From: Bacteroidota bacterium
GTDB lineage: Bacteria > Bacteroidota > Bacteroidia > Flavobacteriales > Flavobacteriaceae
Length of the DNA stretch: 64,000 nucleotides
Direction: 5' to 3'
NCBI GenBank assembly: GCA_024280635.1
Contig: JAJRPS010000065.1
Coordinates: 12,602-76,601, forward strand
Part shown: piece after piece, positions 48,800-58,424 of the stretch
How positions within the stretch are numbered: position 1 is the stretch's first letter
Layout: the number at the start of each line of letters is the position of its first letter
Notes under the pieces: generated by a model
What the model was told of the DNA's origin: nothing
Database searches by the model: none
Seen by the model: the letters and a program-made list of their open reading frames with translations, nothing else
Position numbers and translations under genes: made by a program

Positions 48800-49051
48800 A
48801 TGAGAAAAGGTATACACCCAGAAAATTACAGAATGGTAGCATTTAAAGACATGTCAAATGACGATGTGTTTTTAACAAAATCTACAGTAGATTCAAAAGA
48901 AACATTAGAGGTTGATGGTGTTGAATATCCGTTATTTAAAATGGAGATTTCAAGAACGTCACACCCATTTTACACTGGTAAATCTAAATTAGTAGATACT
49001 GCTGGTCGTATTGATAAATTCAAAACTAAATACGCGAAATTCAAAAAATAA
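48800..49051 (+). CDS. rpmE: 50S ribosomal protein L31, type B (no Cys)
   Basis: [10 protein letters not shown]...SHPFYTG. It has no CxxC zinc motif and has the extended C-terminus typical of type B. Confidence 0.93.
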   Translation: MRKGIHPENYRMVAFKDMSNDDVFLTKSTVDSKETLEVDGVEYPLFKMEISRTSHPFYTGKSKLVDTAGRIDKFKTKYAKFKK

Positions 49052-49072
49052 TTTCAAGTATCACGTTATTTC

Positions 49073-49103
49073 AAAACCCTCTGAGCAATCAGAGGGTTTT
49101 TTG
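49073..49103 (+). terminator. Rho-independent terminator of the L31 gene
   Basis: aaaaccctctga gcaa tcagagggtttttt. Confidence 0.75.
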
Positions 49104-49205
49104 TTTATAAGTTTACATCGATAATTTTAGCATCAAAAAAAATACTTTTATCTTTGAATACTTTTATCTTCAATTTGATGAGCAATAAATTTGAATACTA
49201 AAAAA

Positions 49206-50381
49206 ATGAATTACATATTATTTGACGGAAACGTACGCAATCAATTATTACCGTTTACTTATACCAGACCTGTAGCCGATATACGTATAGGAATTTTAAC
49301 CATACGTGAAAAATGGGAAAAACACCTAGGGTTTACTACATCTACCGTAACGGAAGAATATTTATCAGATAAGTTTCCGATGGTAGAAATGGAAGAAAAC
49401 ATCATGATTAATGCATCTTATTTACCTACTGAAAATTTAGTGATGCAAATTAAAAAATTAACTCAAAAAGAAGCCATTTTTGATGATGATGAAATGGTAG
49501 CATTTTATACTACGGATAATCAAGAAGAAGTAAATTTTGCCGATTATAAAGTAATTGAGCTAACAGAAAAAGTAATGCGTATTGAAAATACGTGGGATAT
49601 TTTTGCTAAAAATGGTGCGGCTATTCAAGCTGATTTTGAATTGTTAACCAGAGAAGAAGAGTCTCAGCCCATACCTGAAGGCGTGCAATGTATAAACCCT
49701 GATCAAATTTTTATAGAAGAAGGAGCAACCGTTTTGTTTTCAAGTTTAAATGCTACTGATGGTCCTATTTATATTGGTAAAAATGCAGAAGTAATGGAAG
49801 GATGTCACGTACGTGGACCCTTTGCCTTATGTGAACATGCTACCTTAAAAATGGGTGCTAAAATTTATGGAGGTACTACTATTGGTCCACATAGTAAAGT
49901 AGGAGGAGAAGTTAATAATTCGGTTATTTTTGGTTTTTCAAACAAAGGACATGATGGGTTTTTGGGAAATTCCGTTTTAGGAGAATGGTGTAATATTGGA
50001 GCTGATAGTAATAACTCAAATTTGAAGAATAATTATGCCGAAGTGCGCTTGTGGAGTTATGAAGCACAGGGTTTTACTAAAACAGGGTTGCAGTTTTGTG
50101 GTTTAATGCTGGGAGATCATTCTAAATGCGGAATCAATACCATGTTTAATACCGGTACAGTTGTTGGGGTAAGTGCTAATATTTTTGGAGGCGGTTTTCC
50201 TCGTAATTTTATACCTAGTTTTAGTTGGGGAGGTAGTGCAGGTTTTACCACCTATTTAACTAAAAAAGCTTTTGAGGTTTCTGAAATTGTAATGCAACGT
50301 AGGGGGATTGAATTTACAGAAATGGACAAAGCTATTTTAACCCATATTTTTGAAGAAACCGAGCAGTTTAGACGAAAATAA
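49206..50381 (+). CDS. GlmU-family / putative sugar-phosphate nucleotidyltransferase with a left-handed beta-helix
   Basis: Hexapeptide-repeat C-terminal half (…IGKNAEVMEG…IGPHSKVGGEV…). I prefer the ATG at 49206 (MNYILFDG) to the track's TTG at 49191. Confidence 0.7.
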   Translation: MNYILFDGNVRNQLLPFTYTRPVADIRIGILTIREKWEKHLGFTTSTVTEEYLSDKFPMVEMEENIMINASYLPTENLVMQIKKLTQKEAIFDDDEMVAFYTTDNQEEVNFADYKVIELTEKVMRIENTWDIFAKNGAAIQADFELLTREEESQPIPEGVQCINPDQIFIEEGATVLFSSLNATDGPIYIGKNAEVMEGCHVRGPFALCEHATLKMGAKIYGGTTIGPHSKVGGEVNNSVIFGFSNKGHDGFLGNSVLGEWCNIGADSNNSNLKNNYAEVRLWSYEAQGFTKTGLQFCGLMLGDHSKCGINTMFNTGTVVGVSANIFGGGFPRNFIPSFSWGGSAGFTTYLTKKAFEVSEIVMQRRGIEFTEMDKAILTHIFEETEQFRRK

Positions 50382-50432
50382 ATTCAATTACTTCTGTATT
50401 TCATCAAAAACACCCTTTAAATATTAGCCAAT

Positions 50433-51443
50433 ATGCAATTAACCTATTCTTTTATCATTCCGGTGTATAACCGACCAGATGAGGTAGATGAGCTTTTGGC
50501 TAGTTTAACAAAGCAAACTTATTTGAAACCTTTTGAAATTGTAATTATTGAAGATGGATCAGCAGTTTCATCTGAAAAAATAGTAGAAAAATATATAAAG
50601 CGCTTACAAATTAGTTATTTTAAAAAACCGAATACAGGACCAGGAGATTCTCGTAATTACGGAATGCAAAAAGCAAAGGGAAACTACTTTTTAATATTAG
50701 ATTCGGATTGTATTTTACCACCACAATATTTAGATATAGTAGCAAAAGCATTACAAGAAAAACCAGTTGCTTGTTTTGGAGGTCCAGATGCAGCGCATGA
50801 TAGTTTTTCTAATTTGCAAAAAGCTATTAACTATGTGATGACTTCTTTTTTTACCACAGGAGGAATACGGGGTAGTAAAAATAGTGTCAATAAGTTTCAA
50901 CCTCGTAGTTTTAATATGGGGTTATCCAAAAAAGCATTTGAAGCAACAAATGGTTTTGGTAACATACATCCTGGTGAAGATCCTGATTTAACCATACGAT
51001 TGTGGAAAAAAGGATTTGAAACACAACTTATAGCCCCTGCATTTGTATATCATAAACGCCGCATTTCTTGGAGAAAATTTTATCAGCAAGTACAAAAATT
51101 TGGGAAATGTCGTCCCATACTAAACAGTTGGCATCCTGAAACGGCAAAAATAACCTATTGGTTTCCAACAGTATTTGTTGTGGGAGTATTATTTTCAGTA
51201 GTAGCATTATTATTGGGATATTCAATATTTATAAAGTTACTAGGATTGTATTTAACAATTTTAGGCATAGATGCGACCATAAAAAACAAGAGTATTGTAA
51301 TTGGCTTGCTGTCAATATTAGCAACGTTTATTCAGTTTTTGGGTTATGGTATCGGTTTTGCAATTTCCACCTTTAAAATTGTAGTATTGCATAAGCAACC
51401 AGAAATGGCATTTCCGGAGTTGTTTTTCAAAAAAAGAACATAA
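50433..51443 (+). CDS. Family 2 glycosyltransferase with C-terminal TM segments
   Basis: SFIIPVYNR, EDGS and DSDC motifs, followed by 3-4 hydrophobic helices. Confidence 0.85.
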   Translation: MQLTYSFIIPVYNRPDEVDELLASLTKQTYLKPFEIVIIEDGSAVSSEKIVEKYIKRLQISYFKKPNTGPGDSRNYGMQKAKGNYFLILDSDCILPPQYLDIVAKALQEKPVACFGGPDAAHDSFSNLQKAINYVMTSFFTTGGIRGSKNSVNKFQPRSFNMGLSKKAFEATNGFGNIHPGEDPDLTIRLWKKGFETQLIAPAFVYHKRRISWRKFYQQVQKFGKCRPILNSWHPETAKITYWFPTVFVVGVLFSVVALLLGYSIFIKLLGLYLTILGIDATIKNKSIVIGLLSILATFIQFLGYGIGFAISTFKIVVLHKQPEMAFPELFFKKRT

Positions 51444-51560
51444 TTATAAGGCTAGGAGGTGTTATTTTTATGTTTATTGGTTTTTGATAAAGAATAATAA
51501 ATTAAGCTAATTGATCTTCAACCTCGTGATTAAATCATTTTAAAACCGTATTTTTATCAC

Positions 51561-52487
51561 ATGAATAATAAAAAAATACTTTCTTTTTTTCAGCAAAAAA
51601 CCTTTCGATTTTTTATGCTGGCACTTTTTGTATCGTTATTGATGTGGTTTATGATTAATTTATCAAAAGAATATACAAAAACAGTTCCTGTTAAGATTAC
51701 TTTTAAGAAGATAGCGCCTGGGTATTTAATAAATTGTAAAGATACTATTGTAATAACAAAAATACAAGGTACAGGGTTTTCATTATGGAGCAATAGTTTG
51801 AAAAAAAAACAGTATGCTATTAATGTCAAGGATAATAAAAAGACTTGGAACTGGCAACAAAATCAATATGCGTTTCAGCAATTATTTCCGAAAAACATAA
51901 AGGTATTGAATGTGATACCGGCAACAATATCTTTTACGCCATTTAAATTATTGAATAAAAAGGTGAAAGTACAGTATCAAATTAAACTGCAACCTCAGTT
52001 AGGGTACGGTGTTACGGAATATAAATTACAGCCAGATTCAGTTACAGTTTATGGCTATGAAACCGTAATAAAAGATATTAAAACCATTAAAACCGATAGT
52101 CTTTTATTAAATAATGTAGTCGCTAATGTTTCTGGAAAAGTGCGATTGCAAATTCCAGAAAAAGTATTGCAAGTTTCAGAAAAAGAGATAAGCTATCAGT
52201 ATACAATAGAGCGTTATACTCAAGGAAAATTTTTAGTACCCATACAACTCGTAAATGTGCCAGAAAATAGTAATGTTACTATTTTTCCTAAACAAGTGCG
52301 AGTGCAATTTGAATCACCATTGTCATTATTTGAAAATTATCAATCGGAGCATTTTATGTTAACAGTAGATTGTAGTAATCTGGAAAACAAAACCACATTG
52401 CCCATTGTTTTAAAAGAAATTCCTGACGGCATGAAAAATGTACGAGTATTAAAAAAATCAGTAACTTTTTTAGTGTTAAAAAAATGA
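51561..52487 (+). CDS. YbbR-like repeat protein
   Basis: N-terminal TM followed by beta-rich repeats. Its stop overlaps the coaE start by 4 nt. The family call is from memory of synteny and repeat style. Confidence 0.5.
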   Translation: MNNKKILSFFQQKTFRFFMLALFVSLLMWFMINLSKEYTKTVPVKITFKKIAPGYLINCKDTIVITKIQGTGFSLWSNSLKKKQYAINVKDNKKTWNWQQNQYAFQQLFPKNIKVLNVIPATISFTPFKLLNKKVKVQYQIKLQPQLGYGVTEYKLQPDSVTVYGYETVIKDIKTIKTDSLLLNNVVANVSGKVRLQIPEKVLQVSEKEISYQYTIERYTQGKFLVPIQLVNVPENSNVTIFPKQVRVQFESPLSLFENYQSEHFMLTVDCSNLENKTTLPIVLKEIPDGMKNVRVLKKSVTFLVLKK

Positions 52488-53071
52488 TAGTAGGATTAAC
52501 AGGGGGTATAGGGAGTGGTAAAACAACCGTAGCTAAATTGTTTTATAAATTGGGTGTGCCTATTTATGTTTCGGATTTAGAAGCCAAACAATTGATGGCA
52601 ACCAATAAAAAATTAATAATAGCCATACAAAAATTGTTAGGAGAAGATGCTTATATAGACGGAGCGTTAAATAGGTCGTATATTTCAAGTTTAGTATTTC
52701 AGAATAAAGACTTATTATCAAAATTGAATGCAATTGTACATCCTGCAGTAGCAAAAGATTTTTTACGATGGTATGCCAATCAGAAATATCCGTATGTCAT
52801 AAAAGAATCCGCAATTTTATTTGAAACAGGAGGAAATAAACATTGTGATTTAGTCATTACCGTTACTGCATCTTTGCAAGAACGTGTTAATAGAGTCGTA
52901 TTGCGTGATGGTGTTGCGGAAAAGCAAGTGAAAAATCGTATAGCCAACCAGTTGTCTGATAAAGAAAAAATAAAACAATCTGACTTTGTAATTCACAACA
53001 TCAACCTATCAACAACAAGTACGGAGGTGTCTTTGTTGCATCATAAAATTTTAAAGCGCATAAAAAAATAA
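52484..53071 (+). CDS. coaE: Dephospho-CoA kinase
   Basis: MIVGLTGGIGSGKTTV P-loop; 195 aa. Confidence 0.92.
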   Translation: MIVGLTGGIGSGKTTVAKLFYKLGVPIYVSDLEAKQLMATNKKLIIAIQKLLGEDAYIDGALNRSYISSLVFQNKDLLSKLNAIVHPAVAKDFLRWYANQKYPYVIKESAILFETGGNKHCDLVITVTASLQERVNRVVLRDGVAEKQVKNRIANQLSDKEKIKQSDFVIHNINLSTTSTEVSLLHHKILKRIKK

Positions 53072-53327
53072 AATAGTTTTCTTAAAAAATGTTTTATACC
53101 AATTTAATATCAAAACAATTTATATCGAGTGTTTTGATGTTAAACTGGTATTACAGGTGAATAGGAGTAATACTGCATGACTACTCATTTTAGTTTATTA
53201 ATTTGTTAAGTTTTGGTTAAAGGGATTGCTAGTCGGCCAAAAAAGGAATAATTTTACATATGGATATTAATGTATCAGATTTAAATTAAGATAAGAACCT
53301 TTAATAAATTACCCATTTTTATGGGCA

Positions 53328-54887
53328 ATGTATATGAAAAAAAAGATGTTTGTAGCATTAGTTGCCCTGATGAGTTTATCACTCATTGGTATTATTTTTG
53401 TGCAGAGTTATTGGATTAATACCACTGTAAAAAATAAAAACGAACAATTTTCATTGAGTGTGCAAGAGGTGTTAGGTAATGTATCATTCAAAATCCAGAA
53501 ACAAGAAAAGCAAGCATATTTTTATAAACTACAAAAACTTATTGATAGCTTAGGGCAATTGCCTAATCAAACCGTAATATCTGAATTATTTTTAGTACAA
53601 AAAGACGCCAACACAAACGAAACTTTTTTATTTAGAAGCGGAGTTATTGAAGAAAATTATAATTTATCAGGTAAATTTTTTGAAGCAGATGCAACGGAAG
53701 ATTTTACAGTAAAACGCTATTATGCAAAAAGTGAAACCACTTTTTTTGATGAACTAGGGTTAGATCAAAATAAAATAACACTACAAGAACGTATTAAACG
53801 TGTAAACCAATTGCCAGAATACAACAAAATGCAGTTGGAAAATTTATATGAAAAATTAGCTGTAAAAGCACCTATACATAAACGCTTGTCAGTAAAACAA
53901 ATAAACTTGTTGCTCTCTCAAGAATTAACCAATAAGGGATTAGGTGAGTTAGATTTTGAATTTGCAGTTTATGCAAGTACCCTTGCAACATCAATACATA
54001 CAGAGGATTATGAATTACTGAAAAAGAAAGTGTATGCTACAGCATTGTTTCCTGATTTAGAACACTCTAATTTTAGCTTACGAGTTACTTTTCCAGATCG
54101 AAAAAAGTTTTTATTATCTTCAATAGTATCCATGTCACTGTTGTCATTATTATTTACTACCATAATCATTTTAACCTTTGCATTGGCTTTATATCAATTG
54201 ATGAGACAACGTAAAATTGCCGAAATTAAAAGCGATTTCATCAACAACATGACACATGAGTTTAAAACCCCGATAGCAACTATTAATTTAGCTTTAGATG
54301 CCATCAGGAATCCAAAAGTATTGCATGATGAGGTAAGGGTGAAACGATATTTAAGGATGATTAGTGATGAAAATAAGCGCATGCACGCACAAGTAGAAAA
54401 CGTATTGCGCATATCGCAATTAGAAAAAAAGCAATTGGATATTAAAAAGGAAAAAATGTCCTTACATGATTTGATAGAAGATGCAATTCCGCATGTAGAG
54501 TTATTGATAGAAGATAGAGGAGGCTATATCAAAGCCCATTTGAATGCTACAAATGATGTTGTTTTAGTGAACGAATCTCATTTTACAAACGTAATTGTAA
54601 ACATATTGGATAATGCTATAAAATATTCACCAAATACACCAGAGATTGATGTGTATACTGAAAATGATAACCACTTTATAACTCTTAAAATAACAGATAA
54701 AGGAGCAGGAATGTCAAAATTGGTTCAAAAAAAGATATTTGAAAAATTTTATAGAGAACACACAGGAAATATACACAATATAAAAGGTCACGGTCTTGGT
54801 TTAGCATATGTAAAACAAATAGTAGATGACCATAACGGTCAAATAATGGTAACCAGTGAAAAAGGAAAGGAACCACTATTAATATAA
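53328..54887 (+). CDS. Sensor histidine kinase (HisKA/HATPase_c) with an apparent frameshift in the last ~13 codons
   Basis: Two TMs flank a ~250-aa sensor loop. H-box MTHEFKTPIATI and N, G1 (DKGAGM), G2 (GHGLGL) boxes. The canonical ending GTTINIKLPLKA* lies in another frame (54869-54907). Confidence 0.85.
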   Translation: MYMKKKMFVALVALMSLSLIGIIFVQSYWINTTVKNKNEQFSLSVQEVLGNVSFKIQKQEKQAYFYKLQKLIDSLGQLPNQTVISELFLVQKDANTNETFLFRSGVIEENYNLSGKFFEADATEDFTVKRYYAKSETTFFDELGLDQNKITLQERIKRVNQLPEYNKMQLENLYEKLAVKAPIHKRLSVKQINLLLSQELTNKGLGELDFEFAVYASTLATSIHTEDYELLKKKVYATALFPDLEHSNFSLRVTFPDRKKFLLSSIVSMSLLSLLFTTIIILTFALALYQLMRQRKIAEIKSDFINNMTHEFKTPIATINLALDAIRNPKVLHDEVRVKRYLRMISDENKRMHAQVENVLRISQLEKKQLDIKKEKMSLHDLIEDAIPHVELLIEDRGGYIKAHLNATNDVVLVNESHFTNVIVNILDNAIKYSPNTPEIDVYTENDNHFITLKITDKGAGMSKLVQKKIFEKFYREHTGNIHNIKGHGLGLAYVKQIVDDHNGQIMVTSEKGKEPLLI

Positions 54888-54910
54888 AATTACCTTTAAA
54901 AGCATAAATT

Positions 54911-55615
54911 ATGGAAAAAGCACAAAAAAAAATACTGTTAGTAGAAGATGACGCCAATTTTGGAGCCGTCTTAAAAGATTATTTAATTTTAAATGACTAT
55001 GACGTAACCCTTGCAAAAAACGGAATGGAAGGCTTTGAGAAGTTTAAAAAAGACAACTACCATTTGTGTGTTTTAGATGTCATGATGCCGTATAAAGACG
55101 GTTTCACGTTAGCCAGGGAAATTAGAGAAAAAAATGCAGAAGTACCCATCATATTCTTAACGGCAAAAGCCATGAAAGAGGATGTAATAAAAGGGTACAA
55201 AGCAGGGGCGGATGACTACTTAAATAAACCCTTTGATTCTGAAGTTTTGTTGATGAAAATCAAAGCAATAATGGCACGTAAAGTAAAAGATAGCGTAGCA
55301 GATAGTGCCGTTTTTGAATTTAAAATTGGTGGATTTACCTTGAATTCAAAATTGAGAATGTTAAGTTATAATGGTGAAAAACCCGTAAAATTATCACCTA
55401 AAGAAAATCAGTTATTACGCCTATTAGCACTACATGAAAATGATTTAATGCCAAGAGAATTAGCCTTAACAAAAATTTGGAGAGACGATAATTATTTTAC
55501 CTCTCGCTCTATGGATGTCTACATTGCCAAGTTACGAAAGTACTTAAAATTAGATCCGAAAGTAGAAATACTAAACATTCATGGTGAAGGATTCCGTTTG
55601 GTAGTAGATAAATAG
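54911..55615 (+). CDS. OmpR-family response regulator
   Basis: Receiver domain (LLVEDD, LDVMMP, K at LNKPF) and a winged-helix trans_reg_C domain. Confidence 0.9.
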   Translation: MEKAQKKILLVEDDANFGAVLKDYLILNDYDVTLAKNGMEGFEKFKKDNYHLCVLDVMMPYKDGFTLAREIREKNAEVPIIFLTAKAMKEDVIKGYKAGADDYLNKPFDSEVLLMKIKAIMARKVKDSVADSAVFEFKIGGFTLNSKLRMLSYNGEKPVKLSPKENQLLRLLALHENDLMPRELALTKIWRDDNYFTSRSMDVYIAKLRKYLKLDPKVEILNIHGEGFRLVVDK

Positions 55616-55623
55616 AAATATTT

Positions 55624-55711
55624 GGGCGTTACCCCAATAACAATTGGGGTCGCACTACACTGCTATCTTTTATTTTTACAAAAAAAAGGACATCCATTTT
55701 CGTACTAACGC
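55624..55711. repeat. Dispersed intergenic element, family B, short copy
   Basis: gggcgttaccccaataacaattggggtcgc... contains the accccaat/attggggt hairpin, has gctatc internally and ends cattttcgtactaacgcaaaaa. Confidence 0.35.
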
Positions 55712-55742
55712 AAAAAAAAAACAATACTCTTGAATTAAGTTT

Positions 55743-56414
55743 ATGAAAATCACAAAAGCATCCTTTCAGTTTTTAACGCAACTATCTAAAAATAACAATA
55801 GAACGTGGTTTTCCGATCATAAAAATGAATTTAAAGCACATGAAGTAGGAGTGAAGGCTTTTTTTCAAGAAATACACAATCAACTATCTAAAATAGATTA
55901 TATTGAATCGCATAAATTAATGCGTATTTATAGAGATGTACGTTTTTCAAAAGACAAAACACCATATAAACCTCGTTTTGCAGGAAGTTTAAAACGTGCT
56001 ACGGAACAATTAAGAGGAGGCTATTTTATTAACATTGAACCCGGTAATTGTTTGGTGGGGGGTGGTTTTTATGCTCCCAATCCGCAAGATTTAATGCGCA
56101 TACGCAAAGAATTTGAAATAGATGATAGTGAAATTAGAGCAATAATTGCCAATCCTCAATTCAAAAAAATGTTTGGTAAATTGCAAGGGGAAGAAGTTAA
56201 AACCGCACCAAGAGGATTTGATAAAACCCACCAAGCAATAGATTTGATAAAGAAAAAACAGTTTTACGTAATGCGTAGTTTTACTAATGCTGAGGTAGTA
56301 TCACCCCATTTTAAAAATGAGGTAATTAAAACCTTTACAGCGCTTCGTCCATTTTTTGATTATATGAGTGATGTACTCACTACTAATCTTAATGGCGAAT
56401 CTATTATAGAATAA
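55743..56414 (+). CDS. DUF2461 (TIGR02453) family protein
   Basis: 223 aa; FL..L..NN.R.WF...K..F and RIYRDVRFSKDKTPYK motifs. Confidence 0.75.
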   Translation: MKITKASFQFLTQLSKNNNRTWFSDHKNEFKAHEVGVKAFFQEIHNQLSKIDYIESHKLMRIYRDVRFSKDKTPYKPRFAGSLKRATEQLRGGYFINIEPGNCLVGGGFYAPNPQDLMRIRKEFEIDDSEIRAIIANPQFKKMFGKLQGEEVKTAPRGFDKTHQAIDLIKKKQFYVMRSFTNAEVVSPHFKNEVIKTFTALRPFFDYMSDVLTTNLNGESIIE

Positions 56415-56493
56415 TTTTTGTTTAAGCAGTAATAGCTAAATTTTCAACCCTTTTAAAAGCATCATATTTTAGATTATTAAGCAAGTTGTAAAC

Positions 56494-56525
56494 AAAAAAA
56501 AGCACTCCAATACGGAATGCTTTTT
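56494..56525. terminator. Bidirectional terminator between convergent genes
   Basis: aaaagcactcc / ggaatgctttt imperfect hairpin flanked by A8 and T5 runs. Confidence 0.5.
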
Positions 56526-56548
56526 GTAAATATTTTGTAGTTATAGTA

Positions 56549-57544
56549 TTAAATACCTTGAGCAGTAAATAATTTTTTAATTTCATCACTTGACGGTCTT
56601 GGTGCATCAGCATCAACTATGTTTCCTTCGTCATCTAATAAAATAAAACGAGGAATACCGTTAATAGCAAATGCTTCAGAAAAACTACGATCACCACCAT
56701 AATGTAATTGAATACCTCCTAATTTTTTATCAGCTACCATTTTGGTCCATGCTTCTTTTTTTTGATCTACAGAGATGCTTACAAAGGCAATGTTTTTGCC
56801 GTGATATTCTTTTTCTAACGCCTGTAAAAAAGGAATTTCTTTTTTACAAGGACTACACCAAGTAGCCCATACATCTATGTATACGTATTTTCCTTTTAAA
56901 TCAGCTAAAGAGGTTTTACCTCCTTTGTGGTTATCAAAATTAAATGGAGCAGATGGTTTTCCTGCCATTGCTTTCATTTTTTGTTTTGCAGCAAACATAC
57001 CTGTTAATTGAGTAGTTAGCATTTCTACATTTTTGGTTTGCTCAACAATGGTAAGACTGTCTAGCCCTTTAGCATTTTCTAATAATTTTAAATATTTAGC
57101 TCTATAGTCTTTCAATCCAGCATCAAAATTAGCTTTATCACCACCCATTAATGCATCAAAATCAAGTTCATTTTGTAATAAGGTTTCTTTTCTAAAATAG
57201 GTGTTGGCATCTGCTCCTAAGCCTGTAAATTTTAATGATTCATCAAATTCTTTAGTATCTAAAGTTAAGTTAAAGTGCTCTCCTTTAGCAACATAAATAT
57301 ACGCAATTTCATTGCCGTTATTAAAAACATATTTACCTTCAGCTATACGTAATGTGTCAGCAAATTTCCCGTTTTCATCAAGAGGAATTTCTTTAACAAT
57401 TTCTCTGCCTTTATATATGGTAATTTTATCTCCGTTAGGATTGGTAATTTGACCTGTAATTAAGGTGTAATCAATAGGTTTGACTTCTTCTTTTTTACAA
57501 GAAACTACAGTAAGCACAGCAAGTGCGAAAATTATTTTTTTCAT
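56549..57544 (-). CDS. TlpA-like thiol:disulfide oxidoreductase lipoprotein
   Basis: Lipobox VVSC, an N-terminal beta domain and a thioredoxin fold with WATWCSPCKKE. Confidence 0.85.
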   Translation of the reverse strand: MKKIIFALAVLTVVSCKKEEVKPIDYTLITGQITNPNGDKITIYKGREIVKEIPLDENGKFADTLRIAEGKYVFNNGNEIAYIYVAKGEHFNLTLDTKEFDESLKFTGLGADANTYFRKETLLQNELDFDALMGGDKANFDAGLKDYRAKYLKLLENAKGLDSLTIVEQTKNVEMLTTQLTGMFAAKQKMKAMAGKPSAPFNFDNHKGGKTSLADLKGKYVYIDVWATWCSPCKKEIPFLQALEKEYHGKNIAFVSISVDQKKEAWTKMVADKKLGGIQLHYGGDRSFSEAFAINGIPRFILLDDEGNIVDADAPRPSSDEIKKLFTAQGI

Positions 57545-57641
57545 AAAATTTGGTTTTTGTTAATTTTTAAAGGCACTAAAATACAAGAAAAAAGGAAAAA
57601 ATACTACGATTTTAGTAATAAAATAGGATAAAATGATACGT

Positions 57642-58328
57642 TTAAAGTCCTTCAGAAATTTGCTGAAGTTTGGGGGAATTTAAAATTTTAATGCTTTTTC
57701 CTTTTAATTCAATAATTTTCTCGCGTTTTAGTTCTGATAGTAATCGGATAGCAGATTCTGTAGCTGTACCCACAATACTTGCAATTTCTTCACGAGTTAA
57801 TAAAATGTCAATATAATCGTCTTCTTGAGTGTCAAAAATATCTTTTAAAAACAAAATGGTTTCTGCTAAGCGTTGGCGTACATTTTTTTGTCCCATACTA
57901 GAAATATGTATGTTGGCATCTTTTAAATCGGTACATGCAGTTTTTAATAAGTCAAAAGTAAATTTAGGGTTATTTTCTAGTAAGTTAAATAATTCTTTTT
58001 TGGGTATGTAGCAAGCATTCATGTCTTCCAGAGCAGTAACGGTTAGTGCTACGGGTTCATCAGAAATAACAGAACGATATCCCAATACATCTCCATCTTT
58101 TATAAAACGTATTATTTGTTCTTTTCCATTACTGTTAAGTTTGGATAGTTTGCAAATGCCGTTTTTAACACAATATACACCGTGTAGTGTATTGCCTTCT
58201 TCAATAATGATGTCACCTTTTTTGAATATTTTTTCAGTTTTTTGTTGCGTAAGGTAATCCAGTTCGTCTGGTTCTAGTGAGCAAAAACTATTGAATTTTT
58301 TGATTAAACATTGTTGACAATTTCCCAT
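57642..58328 (-). CDS. Crp/Fnr-family transcriptional regulator with an N-terminal Cys cluster
   Basis: cNMP-binding-like beta roll and a C-terminal HTH (REEIASIVGTATESAIRLL). The N-terminus is MGNCQQCLIKKFNSFCS. Confidence 0.88.
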   Translation of the reverse strand: MGNCQQCLIKKFNSFCSLEPDELDYLTQQKTEKIFKKGDIIIEEGNTLHGVYCVKNGICKLSKLNSNGKEQIIRFIKDGDVLGYRSVISDEPVALTVTALEDMNACYIPKKELFNLLENNPKFTFDLLKTACTDLKDANIHISSMGQKNVRQRLAETILFLKDIFDTQEDDYIDILLTREEIASIVGTATESAIRLLSELKREKIIELKGKSIKILNSPKLQQISEGL

Positions 58329-58361
58329 TAGGTAGTTAATTTTTTACAAAGATAGGTAAAG

Positions 58362-58375
58362 CTGATAAAAATCAT
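58362..58375. promoter_or_regulatory. FNR-like palindrome in the fnr/ccoI divergent region
   Basis: cTGATaaaaATCAt versus the TTGAT-N4-ATCAA consensus, about 50 nt upstream of the ccoI ATG. Confidence 0.45.
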
Positions 58376-58424
58376 TGTAACAAAACCTACATAGTATGAA
58401 ATTTGTTTTTACTATTATTGCATT

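Noticed and set aside
56422-56616. 64-aa minus-strand ORF spanning the terminator between DUF2461 and tlpA.
   Set aside because: It overlaps the 3' end of the TlpA-like gene and a bidirectional terminator hairpin, and has no family signal.
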